Source: Eledone cirrhosa
Taxonomy: Eukaryota
Reading direction: 5' to 3'
DNA: 64,000 bases
Assembly (NCBI GenBank): GCA_964016885.1
Contig: OZ024747.1
Location: 55,986,001 to 56,050,000, forward strand
A model generated the notes under the pieces. The model was given only the letters and a program-made list of their open reading frames with translations, had not been told where the DNA came from and did not search any database. The translations under genes and the position numbers were made by a program. Position 1 is the first letter of the stretch, and the number at the start of each line of letters is the position of its first letter. This document shows positions 15,618 to 29,513 of the stretch, piece by piece.

Positions 15618-15933
15618 TAATATTATTTAATTGACAGTGATAACTTTTTCAGCCACATAATGATTATAATAACTCCCCAATTACCGGAGGATTTTTATAA
15701 CAAACTGTCCTCCGCTCATCCTCATTTATTTAAACTTCTTCTTTCAATCTCTGCACTCACGTGCACATGTGTGAACACACACACACACAAACACACTTAT
15801 ATATATATATATATATACACACGTGTTTATGTGCATGTGTAGCAATACAGAAACACTCACATATATTTGTGTGAGTGTGTATATATATCTATATATCATC
15901 ATCATAATCATATATTTATATTTATGTGTATAT

Positions 15934-16352
15934 ATCATCATCATCATCATCATCAACGTTTAACGTCCGTGTTCCACGCTTGCATGGGTTTGGACGGGGG
16001 TAGTCCCACTTGAGGCAAGAGTGATTGTCTTGCTCGCATAGGACTGTCTGGCAGGTTTTCTACAGTTGGATGCCCTTCCTAACACCAACCACATTTACAG
16101 TGTGGGTCTGGGAGGTTTTTACCGTGTTGCCTACACGGCCACATTACAGCGTGGACTGTCTGGCTGGTTTTCTACAGTTGGATGCCCTTCCTAACACCAA
16201 CCACATTTACAGTGTGGGTCTGGGAGGTTTTTACCGTGTTGCCTACACGGCCACATTACAGCGTGGACTGTGTGTTTTTTTGTCGTGACACCTACACGAT
16301 CTCATTTGTTTCGGCCTGGATGGCGCGACACCAACATAACTTTACATAGAAT
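15934..16352 (-). mobile_element. Family C 3' UTR copy with internal 112-bp duplication
   Basis: Nearly identical in reverse to 7595-7897; ggactgt at 16041, 16153 and 16265. Confidence 0.85.
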
Positions 16353-16416
16353 GGGGTATATATATATATATATACATGTGTGTATATATATGTGTGTGTG
16401 TGTGTGTGTACACATA

Positions 16417-16518
16417 CAGGGTGTCCCCAAATCATGTATACACACTTCAACAGTGCATTCTAATAAATATATTGTCTGTACAAGTAATCAAAGTGTGTAT
16501 ACATTATTTTAGGACACC

Positions 16519-16521
<3 letters not shown>
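16417..16521. mobile_element. Tc1/mariner-type MITE (105 bp)
   Basis: TA on both sides; 31-bp TIR starting CAGGGTGTCC with 3 mismatches. Confidence 0.85.
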
Positions 16522-16564
<43 letters not shown>

Positions 16565-16662
16565 TTTGTATGATTTATTTTGTTTGTAAAGTTGACTATA
16601 TGGGAACTTAGATTCATCGTTTTAGTGGAGAATTTATTTTCTGTGAATAAAGAAGACCACAC

Positions 16663-16691
16663 AAGTAGTAGTAGTAAAAGTAGTAGTAGTA

Positions 16692-16725
<34 letters not shown>

Positions 16726-16775
16726 AAGTAGTAGAAGAAGTAGTAGTAGTAGTAGAAGTAGTAGAAGTAGTAGTA

Positions 16776-16814
<39 letters not shown>

Positions 16815-16855
16815 ATAGTAGTAGTAGTAGTATAGAAGTAGTAGTAGTAGTAGTA

Positions 16856-16889
<34 letters not shown>

Positions 16890-16904
16890 AAGTAGTAGTA
16901 GTAA

Positions 16905-16936
<32 letters not shown>

Positions 16937-17040
16937 ATAGTAGTAGTAGTAGTAGTAGTAGTAGAAGTAGTAGTAGTAGAAGTAGTAGTAGTAGTAGTAT
17001 TAGTAGTAGTAGTAGTAGTAGAAGTAGTAGTAATAGTATT
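16663..17040. repeat. (AGT)n tract
   Basis: Direct reading. Confidence 0.95.
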
Positions 17041-17066
17041 AGTTATGATATTGGTGTTAGTAATGG

Positions 17067-17345
17067 GTGGATGCACGAGGCCTAGTTGTAGAGGTGTTGG
17101 ACTTACGATCATAATGTTGTGGGTTTGACTCCTGGGCTGTGTGTTGTGTTCTTGAGCAAAACACTTCATTTCATGTTGCTCCAGTATACTCAGCTGAAAA
17201 TGAATACCAACAATAGCTGGGGGTTTAACCCTGCGATGGACTGGCGTCCTGTCCAGGGGGGAGTCTTGTACTCTCTATCGCTTGACGCCATGAAACTGGG
17301 ATAAGTACTGGCCAAATGAGCCTTCTGGCTTAAGACAGACTTAAA
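17067..17345 (+). mobile_element. SINE family D (tRNA head, CORE-like motif, cctgcgatggactggcgtcctgtccaggg block)
   Basis: Head similar to family A; reverse diverged copy at 23935-24177. Confidence 0.7.
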
Positions 17346-17444
17346 ACTTAGTTAGTAGTGGTAGTAGTAGTTCTGGGTCATGGTGTTGGAAGTTGCAGCA
17401 TTGGTATTGGTAGTTGTAGAAGGAGCACTAAATGTTTATTATTA

Positions 17445-18145
17445 TTATGATGAAAAGTTTACTGGGTAATTGCTGGCCTTGTGCCAATAGTAGAAACAAT
17501 TATTATGATGGAAATGGATTGGCCAGTGGAATGGCAGTATCGGTAGAGGGTCGGACGCCATGCTTTCCAGCATAGTTACATCCCTTTACTATCTGAGTTC
17601 AAATCCCGCCGAAGTTGACTTTGCCTTTCATCCTTACGGGGTCGATAAAATAAAGTACCAGTAATGCACTGGGTAATTGCTGGCCTTGTGCCTGAAGTAG
17701 AAACAATTATTATGATGAAAATGGATTGGCAGTACCAGACGCCATGCTTTGCAGCATAGAGTTATGGCTCTTTACATTCTGAGTTTAAATCCCACCAAGG
17801 TTAACTTTGCCTTTCATCCTTACGGTGTTGATAAAATAAAGTACCAGTAATGCACTAGGGTCAACTTAATCGGCTTTCCATTCCCTCCAAATTGCTGGCC
17901 TTGTGCCTATAGTAGAAACCATTATTATTTTTATTATTATTATTATAAAGGGCAGTGGATTGGCAGTACCGGTAGAGTGTCAGATACCATGCTTTGCAGC
18001 ATAGAGTTATGGCCCTTTACGTTCTGAGTTCACATCCCGCCGAGGATAAATTTGCCTTTCATCCATATGGGTTCAATAAAATAAAGTACCAGTAATGCAC
18101 TGGGGTTATTCCTGGCCTTGTGCCATAAGTAGAAACAATTATTAT
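17445..18145 (+). mobile_element. Head-to-tail cluster of SINE B copies
   Basis: One tail remnant plus three copies, each ending gccttgtgcc...agaaac(a/c)attatt. Confidence 0.85.
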
Positions 18146-18319
18146 GATGATGATGATGATGTTAATAATTGAGAAAAAGAGGGGTGCAGTGGTGGCTGTG
18201 TTGTTCATGGCACTTGTGTTGTGGACAGAATTATAATTGATGCCAAACCAAGCCAAACATCATGCACTATAACAGAATTATCTGTAATATTGCAAAGATC
18301 CTTTTCTCCTCTCCGAAAC

Positions 18320-18780
18320 TACCAGCAACAATGGCAGCACTTACATTACAACAACAACAACAGTAACCAAAACAACAACAAGAGCAGCCACACAACAATA
18401 ACAGCCACACAACAATAACAGTAACCAAAGCAACAGCAGTCACATTACAACAGCAGAAACGACACAACAGTAACAGCAACAAAAACAAAAACAACAGCCG
18501 CACTACAATAACAACAACCAAAACAAACAACAACAACAGCTGCCTCACAACAACAATAACAGCCACACTACAACAACAATAACCAAAACAACAACTAAAA
18601 CAGCTACATGACAACAGCCACACAGCAACCAAAACAACAACAACCACACTACAAGAAGAGTAACCAAATCAACAACAATAACTAAAACAACAACCACCAC
18701 CACCACACTACACCAACAACAATAACCAAAACAACCCTCACCATCAACAACAACAACTACAACATAAACTAAACACAATA
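18320..18780. repeat. (AAC)n-rich tract
   Basis: Direct reading. Confidence 0.85.
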
Positions 18781-19128
18781 TAAATAAATAGATAAATAAA
18801 TAAATGAATATCTGAAATGGTTTTTGGAATAAGGAAATAGAAAGTCAAACATAGAATCAAAGAAAATAGTGAAAATTCCATACAATTTCTTTTTATTCTT
18901 TTATAGAACAATTTATTGGAATTTTTTTGGATTCTTCATTTCGATGTTCTGACACTGAAATTTTATTTGGATAATTGTTGTACCACAATTGATCATTAGT
19001 TGACTCATGTCATTCACCTCTTTCATTATGGTGCTGTTGCTTTTTACCAATATCTTAAATTTTCTTTCCTAACATATTTGGTCAATCAGACAGTTCAATC
19101 AGTTGATATATTTATCTATCTATCTATC

Positions 19129-20327
19129 TGTTTCGCGCGCTCTTCCAATTCCTTTGGAAGACACGGGCTCCTTTGGTGAGAAGATCCATCTGCTGCCAAC
19201 ACCCTTCAAACAGAGGGCTGGGGCTGCCGTGGCTGACGATGCGCAAACACGCGCTCAGGCTGCGGCACCTCCACGTATTCCTCACCAGACAACCGGTGTG
19301 GGCCCCGTTCATGAGGCGAGCCTTCCCACGACTCGTCTCGCTGACCGAGCTGCAGTCCTGGGTCAAGCAAAGACCAAGGAAAATGGGCGACTGGCACATC
19401 GAATGTGCTCAGGCGCTCACAGTCCTCTGGCAAATGGATCCGGCGATCAGTGGAGACTCTACTTCGACATTCTATAGAGGGTTGGTCCACAGCAAGTGCG
19501 ACGACACGCTCGGAGAAACTCTAGGCGTAGAGGAGGATGAACTGGCCAGTCTGTTCAGTAGGACCTTCCGCCCGGGACCAATGGACAACTTCCAAAAGTC
19601 CATGGCCTGGCAGTGCTACCGAGGATCTCTACCAGTTCGAGACAAGCTCTACAGACACAGGCGCCCGGGTAGGGACCCTTCAAAAAAGATCTGTCCGAGA
19701 TGTGTGCGCGACGAGGAAACTGTCGTGCACACATTTGTACACTGCCCGGGCGTTACCGACCTGTGGGGCTATGTAGAACGACTATTGTCGCGGGTGGGAC
19801 CAATCCAGTTGACCACCGAGTCCATTGTCATGATCAAACGGCCACCCTCCTTCAAACACGAGGGAGAGGCGGTTTTCCTATGTGTTATGGCTATGGTGAA
19901 AGAGGTTATATGGTGGACGAGGTTAAAAGGGCTGAGGTCAGACACCTTTCTCTCCGGCGAGCAACTGATTCGTTTTTTCAAATATCATTGGAAGAAGAAT
20001 CAGGATGGAGAGAGAGGTGCTGTACCCCAGCAATTTTTATAAAAGGTGGGTGAATGTGGCATAGATGGCCTGAGTGGTTGGGCCTTCTCTCTATATAAGC
20101 CTGTAGGTTGAGGAAAAAGAGGAAGAGTATTCACTCTTGGTGCTCCTGGAGATGAGGTTTGTACATTTTTTCGGGGTGTGTACAACCCCTGTGTAACACA
20201 CCCCCCCATTGGGGATTTCAATTGTTATTTGTTATTTTATTAATAGTTTTATTTTCATATACCTGTATGTAAACTCCCCATTTGTATTTGTCCCATTCTT
20301 TTGTGCTCTTGTGGCTAATAAAGAAAT
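19129..20327 (+). mobile_element. Tx1/L1-group LINE, 5'-truncated ORF2 end plus 3' UTR
   Basis: FLW...GLGLP post-RT motif and C-terminal CPRC..EETVVHTFVHC zinc knuckle; frameshift near 19990 and internal stops; aataaa at 20317; (CTAT)n on both flanks. Confidence 0.9.
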
Positions 20328-20418
20328 GTATCTATTTCTCCATCTGTCTATCTATCTAACCATCCATCTATCTATCTATCTATCTATCTATCTCTCTCGC
20401 ACGCTCTCTCTCTTGCTA

Positions 20419-21268
20419 AAAAGTTCAGAGAGCTTATACCACTATTGGCCACTAAAGGTTTCTCTCTAAAAATGAAAGGCAGATTGTAGGATGATTGTAT
20501 ACGAACAGCAATGTTACATGGCAGTGAGACATGCGAATTCTGTGCAGAGCATCTGTGCAGACTGGAGAGGAACGAAGCATGGATGCTCTGTTGGATGTGT
20601 AATAGTTATATACACGAACGGCAAAGCAGAAATTAGGAATAAGAGGGATCAGATGCTGTTTACTCGAGAGAAGACTACGTTGGTATGGTCACGTGATGTG
20701 CATGAAAGATGACAGCTGTATAAAAAAGTGCAGGGCGATCAAAATTGATGGAAGTTACGGAGTAGGTAGACCCAGAAAAACCTGGGACGATTTGATAAAT
20801 TCCGACCTTATACACTTACACCTCTCTAAGACAATGTCACTGGACTGAGATCTTTGGCACTACGCAGTAATACGGAAGACTCGCCTTGCCTATGTACAAA
20901 GCAAAACCTACAGTCAGTAGGCACCTCTTAGCCAAATATACACCACATCCCACTACTCCACCCCCACTCCCACCAACACCACCTTTTCTCTATAAAGTTA
21001 TGTTGGTACCACAACATCCAGTCCAAAATAAACGAGGTTGTGTGGGTGTCACGACAAAAAAACACACAGTCCACACTGTAATGTGGCCATGTAGGTAACA
21101 GGGTAAAAACCTCCCAGTCCACACTTTAACCGTAGAAAACCTACCAGACAGTCCTATACAAGCGAGACATGGTCACCCGACCAATCTTACCTCAAGTGGG
21201 ACAATTCCCATCTAAACTCATGCTAACGTGGAAGATAGACGTTAAATGATCATGATGATGATGATGAT
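20419..21268 (+). mobile_element. RTE family C copy (frameshifted)
   Basis: Homologous to 49421-50287 and 7251-7897. Confidence 0.85.
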
Positions 21269-21284
21269 AAATATATATATATAA

Positions 21285-21627
21285 GCATGCTCCAATGGAT
21301 GTGCAATGTCAATGTGTGCAACCGACCAAGCATGGACGAATAATCTGCAAGAGGAATAATCTGTAGTGTGCAGGAGAGACAACTACATTGGTATGGACAT
21401 GTGAGGATGACCGATGGGTGAAGAAGTGCCAAGAAATCCCAGTGGAAGGAAGACACAATAGAGGAAGACCACGAAAAACATGTGCGGAGGTGGTGAGAGC
21501 TGACCTCAAATCGCTGAAGCTCATAGAGGACATGACGAAGGATCATAATGAATGGAGAGATGCTGTGTTGAAGAGGACCCTTCCCACACTTGAAAGCATG
21601 GAAAAGCAGATGTAAAATGATGATGAT
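21285..21627 (+). mobile_element. RTE LINE 3' end with short UTR
   Basis: WYGHV and RGRPRKT..EVV..DL motifs; (tga)n tail immediately after the ORF. Confidence 0.8.
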
Positions 21628-21650
21628 ATATATATATATATATATATATA

Positions 21651-21818
21651 ACTTTATAGAGAAAGGGTGGTGTTGGTGGGAGTAGGGGTGGAGTAGGGGT
21701 AGTGGGATGTGGTGTATATTTGGCTAAGAGGTGCCTACTGACTGTAGGTTTTGCTTTGTACATAGGCAAGGCGGGTCTTCAGTATTACTGCGTAGTGCCA
21801 AAGATCTCAGTACAGTGA
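21651..21818 (-). mobile_element. Internal family C fragment, inverted relative to 20838-21000
   Basis: Reverse-complement match including shared variants. Confidence 0.8.
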
Positions 21819-21819
21819 T

Positions 21820-22170
21820 GGAGGCACATGGCTTAGTGGTTAGAGCATTGGGCTTGCAATCGAAAGGTTGTGAGTTCAATTCTCAGACCGGGTGATGTGT
21901 TGTTCCTTGAGCAAGACACTTTATTTCATATTGCTCCAGTTTACTCAGCTGTAGAAATGAGATGATAGGACTGGGGTCCATATCATTCCACTGCAAAGTG
22001 GTCGTGGAGGTGCGACGGTAAAAAAACACCCAGCACTCACTGTAAACGAGGTTGGTGTTAGGAAGGGCATCCAGCTGTAGAAATCAAGCCAGAATCAGTT
22101 CCTGTCCCACCCTTGCAAGCAGGGAAAAGCGGACGTAAAATGAAATGAAAATGATGAAATGAAAATGATG
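21820..22170 (+). mobile_element. SINE family A
   Basis: Near-identical to 38885-39238. Confidence 0.9.
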
Positions 22171-22463
22171 CAATGATAAATGAATCAGAATGGATTCAGC
22201 TTGAAACTAGCTGTTGAAACAATAAGAGCTCTGCCGTGAGGGTCCCGAATCTTTATAATATATATATATATATATAATATGTATATATATATATGTATAT
22301 GAAAACAGGAAGAAAGAAACGATTATGAGGAAGAAAAATATATATATATATAATGTTGATTCAGAAGTTTTGCATGTGTATTCACTGGGACATCAAAATT
22401 AAACTTAAATATTACGGTATTGAGTTTGTATGTATATATATTGTTCCTGCCATTTTTGCATTA

Positions 22464-23461
22464 CCATCATCATCATTTAACGTTCATTTTCCACGCTAGC
22501 ATGCATTAGACAAGTTGTCCCATTAGAGGCAAGTTGGGGAAGGTAGCTGTGTCTTGCTCATATGGAACTGTTTCTGGCTTGGTTTCTATTCATGGATGCC
22601 CTTCTTAATGCTAACTATATTTACAATGTGTGCTGGGTGCTTCTTGTCATGACACCTACATGACCACTTTACAGTGTGGGCTGGGTCCCTTTTGTCATGA
22701 CACCTACATGACCATTTTACAGTGTGGGCTGGGTGCTTTTTGTCATGACACCTACATGACCACTTTTCAGTGTGGGCTGGGTGCTTTTTGTCGTGACATC
22801 TACATGACCACTTTACAGTGTGGGCTGGGTGCTTTTTGTCATGACACCTACATGACCATTTTACAGTGTGGGCTGGGTGTTTTTTGTCATGACACCTACA
22901 TGACCACTTTACAGTGTGGGCTGGGTGCTTTTTGTCATGACACCTACATGACCACTTTACAGTGTGGGCTGGGTCCCTTTTGTCATGACACCTACATGAC
23001 CATTTTACAGTGTGGGCTGTGTGCTTTTTGTCATGACACCTACATGACCACTTTACAGTGTGGGCTGGGTGCTTTTTGTCGTGACACCTACATGACCACT
23101 TTACAGTGTGGGCTGGGTGCTTTTTGTTGTGACACCTACATGACCACTTTACAGTGTGGGCTGGGTGCTTTTTGTCGTGACACCTACATGACCACTTTAC
23201 AGTGTGGGCTGGGTGCTTTTTGTCGTGACACCTACATGACCACTTTACAGTGTGGGCTGGGTGCTTTTTGTCGTGACACCTACATGACCACTTTACAGTG
23301 TAAGGTTAGTGTGGACAGAAGTGGGAGGGTGGTGTTGGGGAATCGGGGGTGTATGGAAGTGGTTAAGAGGTGCCTACAGGAATTATGCTTGAGTCTGTGC
23401 ATAAGGGAAGGTGGATCTTCTGTATTACTGCATAACCCAAAGATCTCAAACCAGTGACATT
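22464..23461 (-). mobile_element. Family C-related element containing the 48-bp array
   Basis: (cat)n tail at left; RTE ORF end (aaagatctc..cagtgacatt) at right. Confidence 0.75.
22620..23301. repeat. 48-bp minisatellite, 14 units
   Basis: Unit tttacagtgtgggctgggtgctttttgtc(a/g)tgacacctacatgaccac; no spacers. Confidence 0.95.
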
Positions 23462-23934
23462 GAGAGGGCGGTGGATTGGTAGCATTTATTCAGAATTGGA
23501 TAAAATGTCATTGTCATAAAATGCTCTTGATATTCTCTGATGAAACTCAATGAGGTCAACTTTGTCTTTTATTCTTCTGAAGTGGATAATATGAAGTACC
23601 AGATGAGTTCTAGGTTTTAAAAATCAATATATAAATATATAAATATATATTATCATCATCATCATTGCTGTTTAACATCTATTTTCCAGGTTATATAAGC
23701 TGTCATACACTGAGGCTAGAGTAGTCAGGTGACCATGTTTTGCTTCCATGCTCCATTTTTGGCCTAGCTTCTACAGTGTGATGTCCTTCTTTAATTATAT
23801 GCTGAGAATGTTTTATTGTGACTCCAACACTATCACTTTACAGGATGGACTGGGTGCTTTTTGTCATGACTCCAGCAATATTGCCTTCCAGTGAAGATTG
23901 CGTGCCTTTCACCATTGCCCCAGAATTACCACCA

Positions 23935-24177
23935 CAGACTGTCTAAAGAGCTCAGAGGCTCATCAGGTTGCTGCTTATCCCAGTTTCCATGGTGTGAAGT
24001 GATTGAGAATACAAAACTCCCTCCTGGACAAGATACCAGTCCATCACAGGACTAAACCCACAGCTATTGCTGGTACTAATTTTCAGCTAAGTAAAGTGGA
24101 GCAACATGAAATGAAATGTTTTGCTCAAGAACACAACAGGCAATCCAGCCCAGGAATCAAACCCACGACATTATGGC
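23935..24177 (-). mobile_element. SINE family D, diverged
   Basis: Reverse match to 17100-17345. Confidence 0.65.
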
Positions 24178-24710
24178 TGGGTAGATATTCTGACAGTCCA
24201 AGTATGGCAGTGGTATTGTTCAGTGTATTAGTGGTATAACAATGTGGGAGAGGTTGTTTATTAATAATAATTAAAATATTGTGTGTTTGCATGAGTGTAT
24301 GTGTTTGTTCATATACCTCTCCCCCCTCTCTCTATCTCTTCCTCTTTTTCTCTCTCTGTCTCTGTATAAATAAATGTGTGAAAGAAGAGAAAAGTCCAAT
24401 GGTGTGAGGAGGGGTGTGAAACTCAGCTAAACCATTCAGAAGAGCTCAACTGAAAGTAAAAGTTAGATGATAGAAAAGTTCTATAAAATATTTCACAATG
24501 TTTTATTCAAGTAATTACAAACCTCATCCACCAACACACATACACCACTCAACCTCACCCTTCTTATTCCCATTGCCAACATCTCCCTCCCCCTCCTCCT
24601 CCACAAAAAACACCTCATCTACCCCCACTTCCATTACTCAAACTAATTGGCCTAATTTCAGGGGGCGGCTGGATACAATATTATACTGTATTATAAATTT
24701 ATTGTCTTTA

Positions 24711-24715
<5 letters not shown>

Positions 24716-24765
<50 letters not shown>

Positions 24766-24771
24766 TGTATG

Positions 24772-24813
<42 letters not shown>

Positions 24814-24837
24814 TGTATATATATATATATAAATATG

Positions 24838-24904
<67 letters not shown>

Positions 24905-25249
24905 ATATATATATATGTATGTATATATATATATGTGTATATATATATATATATATATGTGTATATATATATATATATATGTGTATATGTATATATATAT
25001 GTATATATATGAGAGAGAGAAAGAGTGTTTGCTAATTATATTTATGAATTTTATTGTTATTTTTTTTGTATTTTGTTTTGTTTTAATCTAATTATTTATT
25101 CGTAATTGTTTTATTATCTTTTATTCATAGATTTGGTCTCATTTTTTTTTGTATGTGTATTTTTGGTTGTTTTGCTTTTCTCTTTCTCTTACCCTCTTTC
25201 TCACACTCTCACTCCTTTTTTATACATTCATTAATTTACTTCAAATTTG

Positions 25250-25324
<75 letters not shown>

Positions 25325-25327
25325 TAT

Positions 25328-25412
<85 letters not shown>

Positions 25413-25451
25413 CATATATATATAGATACATACACATACATGCAAAAATGA

Positions 25452-25495
<44 letters not shown>

Positions 25496-25770
25496 TTATT
25501 TTTCTCACTCTCTTTCTCCCGACCCTTCTGAGTCTCTCTACATATATTTCTATTTACAGGGCAATGAATGATAGTTGATCATTTTCTCTCTATCTGTTTA
25601 TCTATCTATCTATCTCTCTCTTTCTATCGATCTATCTATGTATCTATTTATCTGTCTATCTATTTCTCTGTTTGTCTATATATATATCTATCTATCTATC
25701 TATCTGTCTATATATCTATCTATTTCTCTGTCTGTCTATATATCTATCTATGCAAATATAGCAACTCATG

Positions 25771-25860
<90 letters not shown>
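24716..25860. repeat. Cluster of (TA)n, (TATG)n and (CTAT)n tracts
   Basis: Direct reading. Confidence 0.9.
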
Positions 25861-25863
<3 letters not shown>

Positions 25864-26384
25864 CCGTGTATAGTGGATGAGAGGTGTACGGCCCCTAAAA
25901 AAAGAAATCGTCAGAAATAGATAAAATACAAACACACCACACCACACCACACCACTCACCCCTCTTGCATTAGTGGTACATCATCATCATTATTATACAC
26001 ACACATACATACAAACATAGACACACATACATACATGCATGCATACACACACACACATACATACATGCATACATACATACAGACACCTACATATACATGC
26101 AGACTTACATACATTCATGTATATATACATTTATAGATGTATATCACCCTCTTCAATTTATGTTCATATTCCATGTATATATATTATATATAACCATACA
26201 CACATATATACATTGGTCGTGTATGTTGGATAATATAGTGGAAAAACCAGAAAGTTCATGCTGGGTGAAATCTAATTGAAATATAAATTAATTATCAGCT
26301 ATTTTTCGCAGCCAACAATATAATTACAGTGGAAAATATGAAGTGTATTAAAGGTTTCAAGACATTTTTATCAGGAATGTTTAT

Positions 26385-26510
26385 TTCTCTACCCCTTTCC
26401 TTCCCCCTTCTCTTCTCTCTACCCTTTTCCTGGCCCCTTCTCTTCTCTCTACCCTTTTTCTGCCCCCTTCTCTTCTCTCTACCCTTTTTCCTGTCCCTTC
26501 TCTCCTCTCT
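26385..26510. repeat. 30-bp pyrimidine-rich tandem repeat x4
   Basis: ctctaccc at 30-nt spacing. Confidence 0.9.
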
Positions 26511-26757
26511 CTCACTCTCACACTTTCACACACATATGCATATATAAACACACACATGTACACATAACATATACACACAGGCACATTTTTCCCACTCACT
26601 TTCTATCTAACTGTCTCACTCACACACACACACGTATGCACACATAACATAGACACACAGGCATAATCTTTCTCTCTGTCTCTCTTGTTTCTAGTTGTCT
26701 ACTTTGGGTTTGATTTTTCACTTTTTAATTTTATCTTTCAGTTGTCTCATTTTCGAT

Positions 26758-26825
<68 letters not shown>

Positions 26826-27880
26826 CACATATATATATATATTTATAAATTTTTTTATTTTATCTATGTTTTAATTCACTATTTTTCTTGTGATTTATAT
26901 CATTATTGTTTATTAACTTTATCAATTTCACTCAGTTCCAAATTTATTTTTATATTTGTTTCATCTTTTACCACCTCCCTTCTACTCCTAACTGTATGGT
27001 TTCTGTTGTTTTTACATCTCATTCTGTCAACATCTCTGCCATGATAGCACTTAATTTTTTTCTCTCCATTACAAGCTTACTCATAGCCAGGTCCTTTATA
27101 AAATCATTGGTTATGTGTTAAATTTTGTAATTATATCATTACCCTAAAAATCTATCTATTGTTATGCTTATGACTTCATCTTTATGATTTTTATCCTATA
27201 TTTTTGTTTTTGATTCTGACGATATACAAAGAATATATTCTAAGCTGAGTAAGAGGAGCATATTTTATACAGGACAGACAAATTATTACTCTTTTGATAC
27301 CAACCTGCCCGAAACCTTTCCTAGTGCTATGATACAACACTGCCAATTTTAAAGTGTTCATAATTATATTAAATCCTTACATCTTAATTTTATGTTCTGT
27401 TCAAAATTTTGGTTAGGTATAACTCACAACATCAACATACTAATTAAAATGTTCATAATTTTGATTAAGTAATACTCAGAAGAAAGTCTTAAGTGCAGCA
27501 CAAAATGATACAGTGTGTTTGTTTGTTTTTTGAGTAAAAATATAACAAAAGCAGCAGAATATCATATTAATAATGAAACAATTATTTTAGTAAATCCCAT
27601 AAAATTTTTCATTAAAATAATTAGAAATATGGTAATAAAAAGTTTAAGATCAAAACTGCTCAGGAGCAATTTTGAAGAAACCAAGTGTACAGAATGTGAT
27701 GGAAGCAGATGGTTAGCATCGTAAAGTGCTCTGATCACACCTAGGCAGTTGCTTCTTGCCAATGTATGGATAGCCGACAATTATTTATACTTTTTAGTCA
27801 TTTAACAAATTGTTAAATTGTCTTACTAGATTGTATAACCATTTATTTCTATCTCAGTAGATGTTTATCATAAATATGTA

Positions 27881-28097
27881 TGAAGGAGTGCTGAAAAGTT
27901 CCTGGCTTTGAGGGTATCATGAAAGGGTAGTTGGAGGCCCAACATTTCGAGTGCTTTTAGCAGGACTTAGAAAACCTAAAGGACCACTGCAATAAGTGTG
28001 TGAATCTGAGAGGGAAATATGTCGAATAAAATTATAATTAACTGATCATCGCATGTTTTCTTTTACCCAAAGGTAGGAACTTTTTAGCTCACTCTCG
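27881..28097 (+). mobile_element. Mariner deletion derivative (MITE)
   Basis: TA flanks; imperfect TIR (gtgctgaaaagttcct / aggaactttttagctcac); retains the mariner-like end CNKCVNLRGKYVE*. Confidence 0.75.
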
Positions 28098-28099
28098 TA

Positions 28100-28451
28100 T
28101 ATTGAATTCCATGTGTCTAACACACATGAGCATGCTTACAAAGTAAGAAAACAGCACAACTCCCATGACTTTCAGAAACATTTTTTCATACTCAGAGTTG
28201 CTGAAGCATGGAACAAACTACCTGCATCTGTTGTTAGCTGCTGATACACTGCATCTTTTAAAACTTCCATGCTTCCTGAAATTCGCCAACACTACACCTG
28301 ATATTCCCCCTCCATACACACGCACACATGCATATCATAACTCATACACTGTTCCCTTTCCTGACATATGTACATTATTCTATGTCCTATACATGCATCT
28401 TTGATGAGTTGTAGTGCACCTGAGCACTGTACACAATAATTTCATTATTAT
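28100..28451 (+). mobile_element. CR1-like LINE 3' end
   Basis: KHFFILRVAEAWNKLPASVV motif; tail also at 47700-47773, ending in (att)n. Confidence 0.75.
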
Positions 28452-28713
28452 TTTTTTATCCCTAGATGTTTTGTAATCTCTTTTTCTACGACATTGTTTT
28501 GTATTGCATCTTCAGAAACTCAGTAGCCCAAAAAGAAAGGATTATTATTATTATTGTTGTTGTTGTTGTTGTTGCTCTTGTTGTAATGGTAGTAGAACTT
28601 ATTATATTTTTCCCTATTTAAGTTATAATCATTATTGTTCATGATTGGGGCTGTATGCATAAATGTATGTAATTCTCTGTGTGTGTATATGTGTGTGAGA
28701 ATGAGTATGTGAA

Positions 28714-28815
<102 letters not shown>

Positions 28816-28902
28816 TTGTGAGTATTGTATTTCATGTTTGTTATAATTTCTCATTTTCATATCCATCAAAACAATTTTTAGTCATTAATTTATATTTTTT
28901 TA

Positions 28903-28935
<33 letters not shown>

Positions 28936-29476
28936 CATTATTGTTAATATTATTGTTATTATTACTATTCACTTATCATCATTATGATTTTTTTTTTAAA
29001 TTATATATTTTGTATTTACAAACAAAAGATTATGTATTTGTTTGAAATGTGATAAGATAAAAGTTGATATCACTGTTAATACAATTATGGTTATACACAA
29101 ACATACACACATACATAGAGATAAGAGATGTGTCACACACACACATGGACACTGATGTGTATGCATATGGTTGAAATAACCACAAATATACATACGTATA
29201 CACATGTATATAATTATATATACACACACACATATACATATATGTCTCTCTCTGTCTGGTATATATATGTATGTAATGTATCCATCTATCTATATATATA
29301 TATCTGTATATGTATGTATATATATATATATATTTATGTATGTATATATTTATGTATGTATATGTATGTATATATTTATGTATGTATATGTATGTATGTA
29401 TATATATGTATGGATGTGTATGTATGTATATGTGTATGTATATATATTATATATATATCATCATCATTTTCATCAT

Positions 29477-29513
<37 letters not shown>

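Noticed and set aside
19173-20042. Intact host protein-coding gene
   Set aside because: 5'-truncated LINE ORF2 with a frameshift and stops relative to the copy at 46944.
21820-21895. tRNA gene
   Set aside because: A and B boxes are present, but the anticodon and acceptor stems are poor and it continues into a multi-copy SINE body.
22620-23301. CRISPR-like array or Cys-rich repeat protein
   Set aside because: Contiguous units with no unique spacers and no cas genes; the unit derives from a retroelement UTR.
23538-23555. CTGATGAAAC as a hammerhead
   Set aside because: No stem II; it lies in a degenerate SINE B.
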